DNA of 64,000 nucleotides, from IMG/VR virus record IMGVR_UViG_3300021963_000037, positions 32,001 to 96,000 of that record. One strand, 5' to 3'. Below the pieces are notes generated by a model. The model saw nothing but the letters and a program-made list of their open reading frames with translations. It did not search any database and was not told the DNA's origin. The position numbers and the translations under genes were made by a program. Shown piece by piece: positions 19,563 to 31,700 of this stretch (positions within the stretch are counted from its first letter, which is position 1; each line of letters starts with the position of its first letter). Origin of the DNA: a virus.

Positions 19563-22418
19563 ATGGGAAAATATTCAAATCTTAGATTTTTTAACGGTGT
19601 ATCTCATGAATTAAATTTCAATTACGATACTACAACCGAAAAATGGGACGGAATTATATTCGTTCCCAAAGTTTCTGTTGGTTTGTATGAGACCGTTAAC
19701 CTATTTGTCCTTGAAGAAGTTCATAAAGAATTAGGTGGATTTGAGTACATTACTCCAATTGCTGAATCTTCTAGTGCTACAAAATTTCTTTTTGAAATTG
19801 AAGATAGCGAACTTTTTAAAGGAGACATTTTCTTATATGACGTTACTGACAATAATGGTTACTACACAGTTAATGCCATTTCAAAACAGTCTGAATCAAT
19901 ATTGGCTAACACTGTATCAACATCGACATATAATTATGTAAATACTAACAATACAAATTCTGCTACCAACCAAGGAAATACATATAAACAAATAAGCTCA
20001 GTTCCTTCACACGTTGCACTACATTGTAAAATTGCTTTAATGTCGGATGAAGAAAAGATCCACATTAAATTACTAAACATTTATGATACTGATTCTGCTG
20101 GAAATAAAATTAATTTAATTGGTACTATAAAAATATATGGAGAAACCGTAGGAGAAGACGAGCGTTTAACAACTCTTCTTTCTAACTTTGGTATGTCTCT
20201 GCAAGAAGAAGATTTCTTAATCTTCAAAAATACTGACATTAACGAATTTAAAGTCGATTATCAAATAATAAATGATAAAAGAAAAGAGCTACTTTTAGAA
20301 GCTCATAATATTAAGCCGTTCGTTGGTACTTATAAGGCTATTATTAATGCAATTAAATTCTTTGGTTATGATAATATCAAACTTAAAGAATATTGGTTGA
20401 ATATTAATGAGCAATCTGAAAACTTCGGTAAATTAAAAGCGGTTGCTGTTCCTGATCCATCTCAACCTGGTTATTTGGCTAAGAAGAACAACGATATACA
20501 ATTACCAAATTCAAATTTAAAGAAAACTTCAAGATTCTCATTAGTTTATAAACTTAATGAACCTGATGGTAATGTTGACGAGTGGGATGTTCCTACCGTT
20601 AAAGAGTCTTTTGACTTTACGCCAGAAGAAATCTTGGTTAAATTATACGGACTTAAGAGAAGATTACAAAAAGACTATCTTCCACTTCAAGCCAAAATTG
20701 TTGATATTACTGGAGAAGGAGACTTCTTTACTCAATTTACTCAAAATGTTTGGAGAGACCAACATACAATTCAGGTTCAGAGTTCTGGAACTGAAGTTGA
20801 TTTTACAGTTAGTCCTAAACGTAGACTATTTGTTGAAGATTTACGATTAATTAGCTTAGATCTGGCTGATCATTTTGAAAATAATGGAAACCAATGGCCT
20901 ATTGCTAGTCAATCTAGTGTGATTGTCGAAGTTGAAGATTTTTACAACAATTACTATAATCAAGCTCAAGATACTTATACCACATTAACTCCTGTGCCAA
21001 TCGGATGTCCAGTTATTTTAGAATGTACTTCATTGACTGACACATGGGATAGTTGTGATTTTAATTGGAATGATGCTGATTTAGCAGCAAATGATTATAC
21101 TGGAGTTGCATCTTCATTATATACATGGAGTACTCTTTGGAAAAAAGATGTATATGAAGCTGAATGGATTATTAATGGTCCAAGAGGCTATAATGTAACT
21201 TTAAGAGGTTCGGTTGATGATTATAAAAAGATGCTTGTTGTGCTTCCAAATGCTGGAACGCATGAAGTTATTTTAAACTTATATGACTTATACAACGCTA
21301 GATCGTATATGAGAAAACTTGATATTGTTGTTAACAATAAAGCAATTGATTTATACGGATTCTATTCATTTAAACCTGAATTAGATCAATGGAATCTTCA
21401 TGATTTACCATGGAATCTTTCTGGTGGTTATTTTGAACAACCTCAAGATAGTTACAATACAATGGATGAGATGATTGCATCTTGGTACTTAACTCTTGAT
21501 CGAGCAAATTACCCACATGATTCATCAAATGGAATTAACTTCTCAACAGTAACAAGATATGAAGACACTTCAACATCAACTAACTTTGCTGAGACAGCTG
21601 GTCCTTTTATTTGGAAAAACTTAAAGAATCATGTATGGGATGATGGTTATGGAATTACATGGGATTCAACTAGAATTGGGCCGGATTTAGCTGCATCTTT
21701 TGCATTTGAACTTGACCAATCTGGCGGATATACTAACGGATACCCATTAACGATTGTTCATACAAATACATCAAACAATCAAGATATTACAGAATCTTAT
21801 GAGATTCAAACAATATATCCTACCAATAACAATGATTTACAGGCGTACATTGATATTCAAGATGAGTTAAATAATTTAGATCCAATATTATATCCTATTT
21901 TTGCTAAGTTTAAATTTAATGCAATTTTAGTAGATAATAATGGAGATGGAATTGAAGATTCTTGTTTAAAGATAATTGCGGTTGGTAAGGAATATTCATC
22001 ATCTTACGATTTTAAGGATGTTCATTTTGATATTTCTTCGAATGGTGGAGCAATTCTACCAGATTCTAAAGTTAATTATAAAGCTTACAATCCTAAATTT
22101 AATGATATTATTCTTTTTAAAGATCACGCTAATATTTCAATGCTACAACATATTACAATGTCTTATGATAAAACTAATATGCCAGGAATTGTTAATCAAG
22201 AGTGGTCAATAATTAATAATAGAACTAATGAAACTGTAACATATCAAGGACAATGGTTGACATATCTTTTCAGCGAAAGAGGAGATTACACAATTCAATT
22301 AACCGTAACTGATTGTAATGGTAATATAAATACAACAAAACGAAATATGATTTCAGTGGTAGAGCCAATAAATGCTAGACCTAGAAAACGACCAAAATAT
22401 CAGTATGTCGCAGGATAA
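19563..22418 (+). CDS. Baseplate wedge protein (gp7/P2-gpI-like) with PKD-like domains
   Basis: VGTYKAIINAIKFFGY (gpI/gp7-type motif); C-terminal YLFSERGDYTIQLTVTD (PKD-like). Confidence 0.6.
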   Translation: MGKYSNLRFFNGVSHELNFNYDTTTEKWDGIIFVPKVSVGLYETVNLFVLEEVHKELGGFEYITPIAESSSATKFLFEIEDSELFKGDIFLYDVTDNNGYYTVNAISKQSESILANTVSTSTYNYVNTNNTNSATNQGNTYKQISSVPSHVALHCKIALMSDEEKIHIKLLNIYDTDSAGNKINLIGTIKIYGETVGEDERLTTLLSNFGMSLQEEDFLIFKNTDINEFKVDYQIINDKRKELLLEAHNIKPFVGTYKAIINAIKFFGYDNIKLKEYWLNINEQSENFGKLKAVAVPDPSQPGYLAKKNNDIQLPNSNLKKTSRFSLVYKLNEPDGNVDEWDVPTVKESFDFTPEEILVKLYGLKRRLQKDYLPLQAKIVDITGEGDFFTQFTQNVWRDQHTIQVQSSGTEVDFTVSPKRRLFVEDLRLISLDLADHFENNGNQWPIASQSSVIVEVEDFYNNYYNQAQDTYTTLTPVPIGCPVILECTSLTDTWDSCDFNWNDADLAANDYTGVASSLYTWSTLWKKDVYEAEWIINGPRGYNVTLRGSVDDYKKMLVVLPNAGTHEVILNLYDLYNARSYMRKLDIVVNNKAIDLYGFYSFKPELDQWNLHDLPWNLSGGYFEQPQDSYNTMDEMIASWYLTLDRANYPHDSSNGINFSTVTRYEDTSTSTNFAETAGPFIWKNLKNHVWDDGYGITWDSTRIGPDLAASFAFELDQSGGYTNGYPLTIVHTNTSNNQDITESYEIQTIYPTNNNDLQAYIDIQDELNNLDPILYPIFAKFKFNAILVDNNGDGIEDSCLKIIAVGKEYSSSYDFKDVHFDISSNGGAILPDSKVNYKAYNPKFNDIILFKDHANISMLQHITMSYDKTNMPGIVNQEWSIINNRTNETVTYQGQWLTYLFSERGDYTIQLTVTDCNGNINTTKRNMISVVEPINARPRKRPKYQYVAG

Positions 22419-22475
22419 TTATCGGTTATCTTGATATATACTAAGAGACATTTAAAAACAACAAAAATAACTAAA

Positions 22476-23021
22476 ATGGCAACAATCACAACAATTCTAG
22501 GTACCGATAGCGTATCGTCATCAAGAGTAACTCTAAATGACAATTTTGCTGCAATTAACCAGGAACTTGCTGACATCGCTGCATTGCTTGATGTACTAAA
22601 TGAAACTATTACACTTAGCGGTTTAGCTCAGTTCGGTTCATTAAATATTGCAAATGGTAAGGTAATAGCAAACAGTTCTTCATTAACATCAACGGTTCCA
22701 TTTACTATTAATGAGAAACTTAACATTGGTAGAGGAGTTTATCATTCTGTTACAACAGGAGTAACTACATTACCAACAGCTGGTAACTTTGTAAGTTCAA
22801 CTTATGTACTTAATGGTGCTGGTATCAGTGGAACTTTAGCACTTGCTGCAGGTTTATCTGGACAAGAAATCACATTAATCGCTGACGGTGGTCCAATTGC
22901 AGTAGCAGTAACTAACGTTAATGGTCCATCAGCAATTTCTATCGCCAATAAAGGTACTTTAACATTACGTTTCGTAGGAACTAAATGGTATGTTATGGGT
23001 TCTTATGGCGTAACATTCTAA
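22476..23021 (+). CDS. Virion structural protein
   Basis: MATITTILGTDSVSSSRVTLNDNF baseplate-anchor-like start; GATATATA at 22433; start moved to the ATG at 22476. Confidence 0.6.
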   Translation: MATITTILGTDSVSSSRVTLNDNFAAINQELADIAALLDVLNETITLSGLAQFGSLNIANGKVIANSSSLTSTVPFTINEKLNIGRGVYHSVTTGVTTLPTAGNFVSSTYVLNGAGISGTLALAAGLSGQEITLIADGGPIAVAVTNVNGPSAISIANKGTLTLRFVGTKWYVMGSYGVTF

Positions 23022-23039
23022 TAAAACAATTAACCGTAA

Positions 23040-24995
23040 ATGGCAACACCATTAGTAAGAATACCGCAAGAACAAGGAGGAACCTTGTATGCTTTTGCAT
23101 CTGCTGCTAGAGATTTAACTAGAGCTTATCATAATCCTGATATTAACTTCGAATTTTCGAAGTTTGCTCTATTAAACTTGCCGCCAGTTGCAATCCCTTC
23201 ATCGGGCTCAACAAATAACTATATTCAATTTAGTAACTTATTTGATGCATCTGGTGCAGGATACGATGATACTAGTGTTGATAATGCTAACGTACATTTT
23301 GCTCAAACATTTCAAAACTATGCTTTAAATTTCGAGCAATTAATTTTAACAGATGATGATTTTGATCCGGCTTTACTAAAGTCTGATTCAGAACAAATTA
23401 TGTTTAAATGGTTATATGAGATTGGTGCTATTAATTGGAAAGCTGGAAATTCTCAAGAAGTATCTAGCGGTTATTCAAGATTCATCGAATTAGATGATTC
23501 AATAAATGTAGGATCTGAATATTCTCAATTAGTTAAATATGTTGGAAACATTGATGTTTCAAATGATAAAAACTACCAAGGAAATACTTATAATGAAGTA
23601 TTCATTAACGTTCCTTCTGTTGTAGGACATACACCAGAAATTTTATTTAAATCAGGCGTTTGGAATACATCATCAACAATATACAATCCAGGAGACTACA
23701 TTGAAGGCCGTGCTGGACAAAATCATCCTGATGCAAACTTAAATATAGATGCATTAGCTGATTCAAATCAAGGCGAAATTAATTTTGATCCTAATACATA
23801 TCCAACCTATGGAATTGAGTGGGATGCTGCTAAATATGCTAGAGTCATAAACAATCCTGAATTAAGTACTCTTTTTGATTACTCAAAATTAGGTAGTGAC
23901 TTTAGTTTCAATGCTATTTTAGTTTATTACGATATTTACTCAAAATCAACATCCGTTAATAGAGCAACAAATCTATACGGTATTTTGATTCTAGATAATT
24001 TTAAAGAAGAACCAAACTTAAATGGTTGGTATATTCCTTCTTTAACAAAATACAAACCAAATGATGTTACTGGTCTAAATGGTAACGCATTTGCTCTTAA
24101 ATTAAACGTTAAGTTTAATACATCTTTAGATAATGTTGGAATTGAAAATAACATCAATGACTTTACAACATTCTCGATGGATATTTTCCTAGATACTTCT
24201 GCTGCTCTAGACCAAGCAACTAAGTTACTTCTTAATGCAAGCGCTAGATATGAGTCAATTGCTCAAAAAGTATCAGAATTAGAAACTTTGTTATTGACTT
24301 CTACACAAGTTGATAATATAGGAACTAGAATTGCTGCTTTAGAAACAATGGTTGAAGATGCTAAATTAAATTATGCTAATTCAACTTCATTATTAGGATT
24401 AATTCAATCAACTAATAAAAGAATCAATCAATTATTAGATGGTACGGTTCCAAGTGAAGTTCAATACAATATTGATGTTATCAAATCTGGTAACGGAGTT
24501 GAAGTTGATAAATCAGTTCCTGGCTTATTAACTTTAAAGAATAAAGTTTATGGTTACGAACTAGTAGATGCATTTAACTTTGATGTTAGTAACTCATCAA
24601 ATATTAACTGGTCAGTTGGTTCTAAAATTGAATCAACAAACGCTTATAATATTGCAAATGCTTCAACAAATGCAATTTGGGTTAGATTTAAAAATTACTC
24701 TAATAGAATTAATATCTGGTTAGATAACACTAGCTCATTAGTTTCAGATATTAATATATACATTGATGATACTGTTATCGATTGGAAAAGAGGTCATGTC
24801 CTTAAATTTAATTTTAAGAACAACTTGATTTTAAACGGAAACAATGTCAAATTCTTCACTGATAAAAATGGAACTAACGGTTGGAAACAAATAGGAGTTA
24901 TTAATGCTTCTGAAATTATGAATGCCAAACCATACGTTGAACTTATCTGTGTTGACGAAATAAACAAGTCATTTGAAATTGACATACTAAGATAA
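23040..24995 (+). CDS. Virion structural protein
   Basis: 651 aa with central coiled coil, within the structural module. Confidence 0.6.
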   Translation: MATPLVRIPQEQGGTLYAFASAARDLTRAYHNPDINFEFSKFALLNLPPVAIPSSGSTNNYIQFSNLFDASGAGYDDTSVDNANVHFAQTFQNYALNFEQLILTDDDFDPALLKSDSEQIMFKWLYEIGAINWKAGNSQEVSSGYSRFIELDDSINVGSEYSQLVKYVGNIDVSNDKNYQGNTYNEVFINVPSVVGHTPEILFKSGVWNTSSTIYNPGDYIEGRAGQNHPDANLNIDALADSNQGEINFDPNTYPTYGIEWDAAKYARVINNPELSTLFDYSKLGSDFSFNAILVYYDIYSKSTSVNRATNLYGILILDNFKEEPNLNGWYIPSLTKYKPNDVTGLNGNAFALKLNVKFNTSLDNVGIENNINDFTTFSMDIFLDTSAALDQATKLLLNASARYESIAQKVSELETLLLTSTQVDNIGTRIAALETMVEDAKLNYANSTSLLGLIQSTNKRINQLLDGTVPSEVQYNIDVIKSGNGVEVDKSVPGLLTLKNKVYGYELVDAFNFDVSNSSNINWSVGSKIESTNAYNIANASTNAIWVRFKNYSNRINIWLDNTSSLVSDINIYIDDTVIDWKRGHVLKFNFKNNLILNGNNVKFFTDKNGTNGWKQIGVINASEIMNAKPYVELICVDEINKSFEIDILR

Positions 24996-24997
24996 AT

Positions 24998-27900
24998 ATG
25001 AGCGCAAATAACTCGATATCAAAACTTCTAGAGCAGTTTATCGAACTGTACAACAACTCTTTAGCGACATTTGAAAAAACAAATGAAGCAATAACTACAG
25101 ATAAAGAAACTGTAACTATTGATTTGTATGACCCTACAACTGGTGCAACAAGCACTAAGTCGGTTCCTTCATTCGGATATTTAATGAGTGAAGTTAAAAG
25201 ATTGAGTAATAACGTTTCAACATTGACTGGTGCAAATGATGCATCATCTAATGTTAGACTTGCTGATGGTAGTTTTAGAAAAGTTTACACAAGTAAATTA
25301 AAAGGACCTGCTCCAACAATCAATTCAATCTCTGCACCAACTGGATTTGAAACTAAAGAAAACGAATTCTTTGAAGATTTCTTAAATCCATTACTTAAAG
25401 TTAAATTTGATTTAACTGGTCAGATTCCTGTAAATACAGAACAAGCTTATATCGAAAGATATGTTTTTAAAGGAGATGATGCTGCATCAGTTTCAGCATT
25501 TGATACTCTTTATAAAAACAATAGCGAAATTAATTACGATACATTTAAAACTGAGTTATCTAATAATGGTTACAAATACTTCTTGGACAAACAAGTTGTT
25601 GATATGCCAGTTAGATCAGTTCAGTATTATGGTTATTTTGATGTTATTTCAGTTGATAATGCTGAAGTAACAAGAATAGTCGACGGTGTATCTCAAACTA
25701 AAACAGTACGTTTATTTACTTTAAATAAGTTAACATATACAGATTCTAGTAAAGCCCTGAAGGAAACAGAAACAATCAAGGTTGGAGATTCTGTTGTTGT
25801 AAACACTGGTAAATTCTCAACAAGATATAAAATAGATGCAATCAATACTGACACTCTTCAAGTTGAACTTTCATTAATTGAAGGTTTTGAAGCTATTAAA
25901 GTTGGTGCTAATGCTCTTTCAGTATACAAAGATGTTGACACAGAAGTTGCATTAGAAATTAATGTATCTTTTGATGAAAGACAAATCATCTTTGCTAAAG
26001 CAGTTGATCCTGATTCAAAGGTTCAATCTGAGTTATTCTCTCCAGGAGCTGGATTCTATTCAAACGAATTACAAATTTTATTAACATCAGGAGTTACAAT
26101 GACTCTTGCTGAATATTATAAAAAAGAGGTTGCTGACTTTGGACAATTTATTAAGAGTCTTAAAGTTGATTCAATTCCGCCAGCATCGGTTGGAATTGTT
26201 CCAAATCAACCTGTCCTAGATACAACAAACTTTAAAGTTGTGCAAATTAATAAGCACTTAACTGATAATGATGCTACTTCTAAAATTGTTAAACTTAAAT
26301 CTGAAAAAGCAACAATTGAACAAAATATCAAGAAGATTGATAGTTCATTAGGAGCAACAAGATCCCTAGTTAACACTAAGAAATATGCTTCTAAAGTTGA
26401 AGCAGATAAAGACAAATCTCAATTAAATACGCTACTCTCTTCTAGAAAAGCTGAGGCCGACGCATACTCTTCTGTTGTAACAGAAATTGCAACTCTTGCA
26501 TCATCAAATAATTTAGCTAACGTTAGTCCTAAATATAGAGTAAGAGGATTTTGGTCTCTTCCAGAAGCAAAAGTTCTTAACGACTCTGCACCACAAGAAG
26601 TAGTACAATTTAAAATTAGATATAGATACCAATCAACAAATGGTTCTACAAGTCAAGTTGACCAAATTAAATTCCAAGACGGAACCACTGCAAAAACTGC
26701 AGCATTCTCAAACTGGGTTGAAGTTCCAGGTCCAATTAGAAAAAGACTTTTAGATCCATCAACTGGAAAATATTATTGGAAAGTAGAGAATGAGGAAGAT
26801 TCACAAGAAATCAACTTCAACTCATTAGATATTTCGATCCAACCTGGCGAAATTGTTGAGGTTATGATTAAATCAGTTTCTGAAGCTGGTTTCCCATCAA
26901 CTCCAGTAGAATCAGATTGGTCTTCAATTATCAGTATTCCATTCCCAGAAGGAGAAATTCCTGTTGAAAATTTAACTGATATTGTTAAAGAAAATAGTTT
27001 AGAAACTATTAGAGTTAAAATTAATAATGACTTAACCGCAACTGGAGTTTATTCTCACGTTGCAGATTCATTTAATGTTAATGACAAATATTTTGCGCAT
27101 ACTGCACAAGCTATTGCTTCTGGTTTCTTAACAGCTGAACAGAATCCAGTTACAGTATATGATAAATTAATTGAAATGCAACAAGAGATCGAAAGATTAA
27201 CTGCTAAATTAGCTGGTACTCTTGGAGAACTTCAAGTTTATATTGAAGATGAAGATGGTAATATCACTACAGTATCTAATAATAGCACAGTAAAATTATT
27301 TGCTGGTTATTATGTTGATGAAGTTAATGCTTTATCTGGAACTAAGAAAGGTGCTATTATTACTAAAGTATTTAAATTAAAACTTGCAAACTCTAAAGCA
27401 TCTCAATTAGAATTAATTTCTAGACTTGTTGGAGATTACGATACTCCTGCACATGTTTCAACAACTCTTACTGAATTCGGTAGAGGTAATGGAACAATTG
27501 ATACCGCAATTGCATCAGATACTTATTATACAAACGAAGGTCGTTATGACTTAGTTCCTATTCAATATCAAAATGCACCTAGTATAAATGCATCAACTCC
27601 TTGGTTTGGTCAAATTCCATTCCAATCTTCTCAGATGAAAGGACAATTCGTTTATTCTAGATTTAAGAATATTGCAAATGATGATTCATTATATGTTACT
27701 TCACCTGTAGATACTGGCACTAGTTTTGTAACTTCTGGTATTGATGACCATGAATTTGGTTTATCATACAACATGACTTATGGATCAGGAAATACACCTG
27801 TTGAAGGAACAGATAGAAATTACAATGGTGCATCTGGAATTCCATATACTACTACAACCGGTTCAAATGACTTTATTTGGTCTGGTGGTTATAACGCTTT

Positions 27901-28669
27901 AGTTCCATTAACAACTGCGTTAGATGGTGTTTCTGGTACTCCAACCTCAGCATTATATGACAATGGTTTATTTTTACATAAATCACATCCTATATTAAAT
28001 CAAGTTAATTTAGCAAATCAATTTGATATTCCTGAATTACAATCTTCTGGAGTTATTGGTATTCCAAAAACTGCAACTAGAAGAGTTAACATGGACAATG
28101 GTCTAAAACAAACACCATATAGAATTGCATCTTGGAGAAACTATGCTAATACATTAGTTAGTCGTCCAGTTAAAATGTCTTTTGATGCAAATGATGTTTA
28201 TTTATTAGGTGGTCGTTCATGTGGATCTTTCCTATTTGTTGCACCACTAGAACAAAAATCTTTATTAGTTGATTCTAAAAATAAATTTGGAGTAGCTAAA
28301 GTAGATTCAGGAGCTTCTAAAGCACTTTCAATCGATCTTATATTCCAATACAGAATGACTGATTATTATGGAGATGCTAATAGCGTTGGTCGAGTAGGAG
28401 GTATTGTTACAACTTCTCTTTCTAATATAACATATAGTAAGAAAATTGGTATCGATGTTTTAGATGCTAATAAAAACGAATTCCAATTCGACGTAGAAGT
28501 TTACTCAAAATATAAAACTGAAGGATCTTCGGTAACTAACATAACCAAATCAATGCTGACGAACTTTAACTCAGGTGGAGGCGGTGGAGGTTACTACCAC
28601 AGATGGTTAGAAAGAGATAATTTATCTCAACCTTCAGAATTTACGTTCTACACGAACTATCTTCAATAA
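24998..28669 (+). CDS. Large virion structural protein
   Basis: 1223 aa; coiled coils, Fn3-like segment (VMIKSVSEAG...ESDWS), poly-Gly near the C-terminus. Confidence 0.6.
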   Translation: MSANNSISKLLEQFIELYNNSLATFEKTNEAITTDKETVTIDLYDPTTGATSTKSVPSFGYLMSEVKRLSNNVSTLTGANDASSNVRLADGSFRKVYTSKLKGPAPTINSISAPTGFETKENEFFEDFLNPLLKVKFDLTGQIPVNTEQAYIERYVFKGDDAASVSAFDTLYKNNSEINYDTFKTELSNNGYKYFLDKQVVDMPVRSVQYYGYFDVISVDNAEVTRIVDGVSQTKTVRLFTLNKLTYTDSSKALKETETIKVGDSVVVNTGKFSTRYKIDAINTDTLQVELSLIEGFEAIKVGANALSVYKDVDTEVALEINVSFDERQIIFAKAVDPDSKVQSELFSPGAGFYSNELQILLTSGVTMTLAEYYKKEVADFGQFIKSLKVDSIPPASVGIVPNQPVLDTTNFKVVQINKHLTDNDATSKIVKLKSEKATIEQNIKKIDSSLGATRSLVNTKKYASKVEADKDKSQLNTLLSSRKAEADAYSSVVTEIATLASSNNLANVSPKYRVRGFWSLPEAKVLNDSAPQEVVQFKIRYRYQSTNGSTSQVDQIKFQDGTTAKTAAFSNWVEVPGPIRKRLLDPSTGKYYWKVENEEDSQEINFNSLDISIQPGEIVEVMIKSVSEAGFPSTPVESDWSSIISIPFPEGEIPVENLTDIVKENSLETIRVKINNDLTATGVYSHVADSFNVNDKYFAHTAQAIASGFLTAEQNPVTVYDKLIEMQQEIERLTAKLAGTLGELQVYIEDEDGNITTVSNNSTVKLFAGYYVDEVNALSGTKKGAIITKVFKLKLANSKASQLELISRLVGDYDTPAHVSTTLTEFGRGNGTIDTAIASDTYYTNEGRYDLVPIQYQNAPSINASTPWFGQIPFQSSQMKGQFVYSRFKNIANDDSLYVTSPVDTGTSFVTSGIDDHEFGLSYNMTYGSGNTPVEGTDRNYNGASGIPYTTTTGSNDFIWSGGYNALVPLTTALDGVSGTPTSALYDNGLFLHKSHPILNQVNLANQFDIPELQSSGVIGIPKTATRRVNMDNGLKQTPYRIASWRNYANTLVSRPVKMSFDANDVYLLGGRSCGSFLFVAPLEQKSLLVDSKNKFGVAKVDSGASKALSIDLIFQYRMTDYYGDANSVGRVGGIVTTSLSNITYSKKIGIDVLDANKNEFQFDVEVYSKYKTEGSSVTNITKSMLTNFNSGGGGGGYYHRWLERDNLSQPSEFTFYTNYLQ

Positions 28670-28679
28670 GCAATTACAA

Positions 28680-28738
28680 TAAGCCTTCTTTTTGATTCGA
28701 ATATATACCTTATAGAATTAGAACAAAAAGAAGGCTTA
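28680..28738 (+). promoter_or_regulatory. Inverted repeat enclosing a late promoter and covering the next translation-initiation region
   Basis: TAAGCCTTCTTTTTG (28680-28694) and CAAAAAGAAGGCTTA (28724-28738) form a perfect 15-bp inverted repeat; GAATATATA at 28699; ATG at 28743. Confidence 0.75.
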
Positions 28739-28742
28739 CTGA

Positions 28743-31700
28743 ATGGCTATTCAAATTAATCTCGACGCAACGAACAACAATATAGACGATTTATCATTCG
28801 GTCTATTAAGAACAAATCCTGCTCTGTCAACTAACGCAAAGTTAGTTGTTGATAGTGACGGGTATATTTTCATGGATGCTTTTTTAGCAGATAGTGAACT
28901 TGTAAAAACAGGGTATAGAAAGAATCCTATTAACCCAGACTCTGGAAATTATTCAAATGATGTTGCTAAGTTCTTCGGTTCTCTAGCAAATAATATAAAG
29001 TATAAAACTGGAAGAGTTTCTTCTGATGTTAACGTATATACTGATTATGCATTTCAATATGAAACACAGTATAGTTATGGAGCATCTTTCAACAACTCTA
29101 AAATTTACAAAGAGCAATATAAATTCTTTGCTCCTATTTGGTTAGATAAAATCATGCCGACTAACTTTGTAATTTACAGAGTTAATGGAACTGTATATTC
29201 TGAAAACTATGCAGAAACAATCAATGGACAAAATGGTCGTATTTTAGAATTGCTAAGAAATGCGACTCTTGTTAAATCATTTGACTTAACTGAAAATTCA
29301 TCAATTGGTAGATATTTAAGACGACATGTAAATGATGAAAAGTTCCCAACATCACCTATTTCTCAAAACTTTGAAAGAGACCAATATTCTATTTTTAGAG
29401 GTATTGATACTGTAAAAGGTGGTTTTGTTGAGAAAAAAGAAAATCTACATGAAGATTTTACGAATCATGATAACTTAGAAATTTTTAGCAATGAAGTATT
29501 CTCTTCTGCTTTTGAAAGAACTGGAGTTGCGGTTGCTAATTTAATTAACTTAGAATTTTTATTTGATGATTTCCAAGCGGACAATTATGACATATACAGA
29601 TATTTTGGAGTTTATGTAACTCCGCATAAAGAAGGCTACTTTGATGTTGATCGAGTAGTTAACAATGATACTAGAGAAGGAATATTTGTTGATAGAGCAA
29701 GCGCTGTTAGTACACTGGACCGAACTGGAACAACACTAACACATCTTGATATGTTACCTAAGTATTCTGAACTATTGTTTCCATCATTGAATTGGGTTAA
29801 ATCTAGAGATGGCGAATATTTTCATATTAGAAATTCTGAATTATTTACTGAAACTGATTTTTTACCAGTTTCTTTAAATAAATCCGCAGAATCTGAATTT
29901 AAAGGAGCTACAAAAATAAACAACTTACAAATTGAAGATTTTTCAGTAAATTTACGAGATTTCTTAAAACTTGAAGTTGTTCAAACTCCATCAAATGGAG
30001 ACAAAATATTTATAGTTCCATATACTGAATTAAAGGCAGTTGGATTTAATGCTGCTGAATATACAATTGCTGCTGAAAATTCTTTAGCAGCCGGAACATT
30101 TACTGATAATAAGTTTTCAATTAATGGTACTCTAGTTGATGTTACTAGAGCTCTTGTTGGATGCTTATCACAATCTGAATATGGTTATAAAATATCATAC
30201 GAAGGTACTAAGATAATTTTAGAAGATTATGCAGTTGGTTCTACACGAAAATCAACAATGTTTGGAATTAGAAAGGCAAATATATCTGATTTCCTATTAG
30301 TTTCTGAAGGTTTATTAGAAGTGCCAACAAATACAAATTCAACTATCGTAACAAACTGGGATATTTACTATCCTTACGGTGGAGCAGTTGAAAACCGAGC
30401 AGTTCTTGTTAAAACTGAAAATAAAGGTGTAGTTTCTATTGGAGACTTGGTTAAATCTGCGGTTTCAGATTCTTATGTAAAAATAACTCAAATCGTCGAA
30501 GATCCAAAACAAGGTTTATGGAGAATTATCTTTGAAAAAGAGATTCAACTTCCAAATTCTAGAACAATTAATGTTTATCAAAAGTATCAAACTTCTTTTG
30601 GTAGATTCCAGATATTCGATCTTAAAGATTTTGATTTTGATTTTCATGATACTTCTAATTCTGATTTAGGAGAGCTAGGCACTGAAGCGTACATATTAAC
30701 ATCTCAACAATATGCTCAATATTCTCCATCATCAAATCCTGATATTTCAATACCTCAGGAAAACTATTATGCTAATTTGCTACCAGTCACTGTTGAAGAT
30801 GTTATTGATAGAAGATCAAAAGTAAATTCATTAGAAGATCCAGGACAGGTTACTTCGTTTATAACTAATGTTACTTCCGAATATAATAGACTTAATGAAA
30901 ATGAAATTAAAGAAACTGCTATTTTAAGTAGAGTAGTTCCAAGAATCAATAAGTTTGTACTTAAAGACGGATTTAATGCGAGAATGAAGCCCTATCACTT
31001 ATCTGTGAATGAATCATTTGGTATTAATAATCTATCGCCAAGCCTTAATGGTGATACTAGAAGTCCCGAACTTCTTAATATGGAACACTTCCATATTAAT
31101 AAAACACCATCGTTTGTTTTAGCAGATACTGGAAATTTATATAAAAATTCAAGCTATTTAGATTTTGGATTAGGTAGAATATTAAGTGCAGCGGATTTAA
31201 AGTCAACTACTTTTAACTATTTTGACAAATATTTTACTTGGAATGGAGGATATTCTGAAGCTGTGGTATTACAAAGTATCACGCAACGTCCAATTGGAGG
31301 TATTAATTTCCAAACTACATTTAATTTTAGTGGACCACTTTCCGTATCATCAAGAACGTATACAACAGGTACTTCTATTTTTAGAGTTGGTGGTACTCCA
31401 GCAATGTATGACGCTGATGTTACTATTCTAGCGGGCAGTAACAAAATGGTAACAGTCGGAACACATGGCACGAGTTCTATCAATTCATTTAAAGTAGGAG
31501 ATGTTGTTTATAGAAATTTAGATTCAAATGATGATCCAACCGGGTTATTCATTAAGAATAAAAGACAAAAAAGATATTCTAAATTTTCTGGTGGAAATTC
31601 AATAAATCAATATCCATCAACTATATTCAGAGGATTAAGATATACTTTAAAAAATAGGAAGGAAAGTACACTATCTCTTCCAAAGGAATTTATTGCATCA

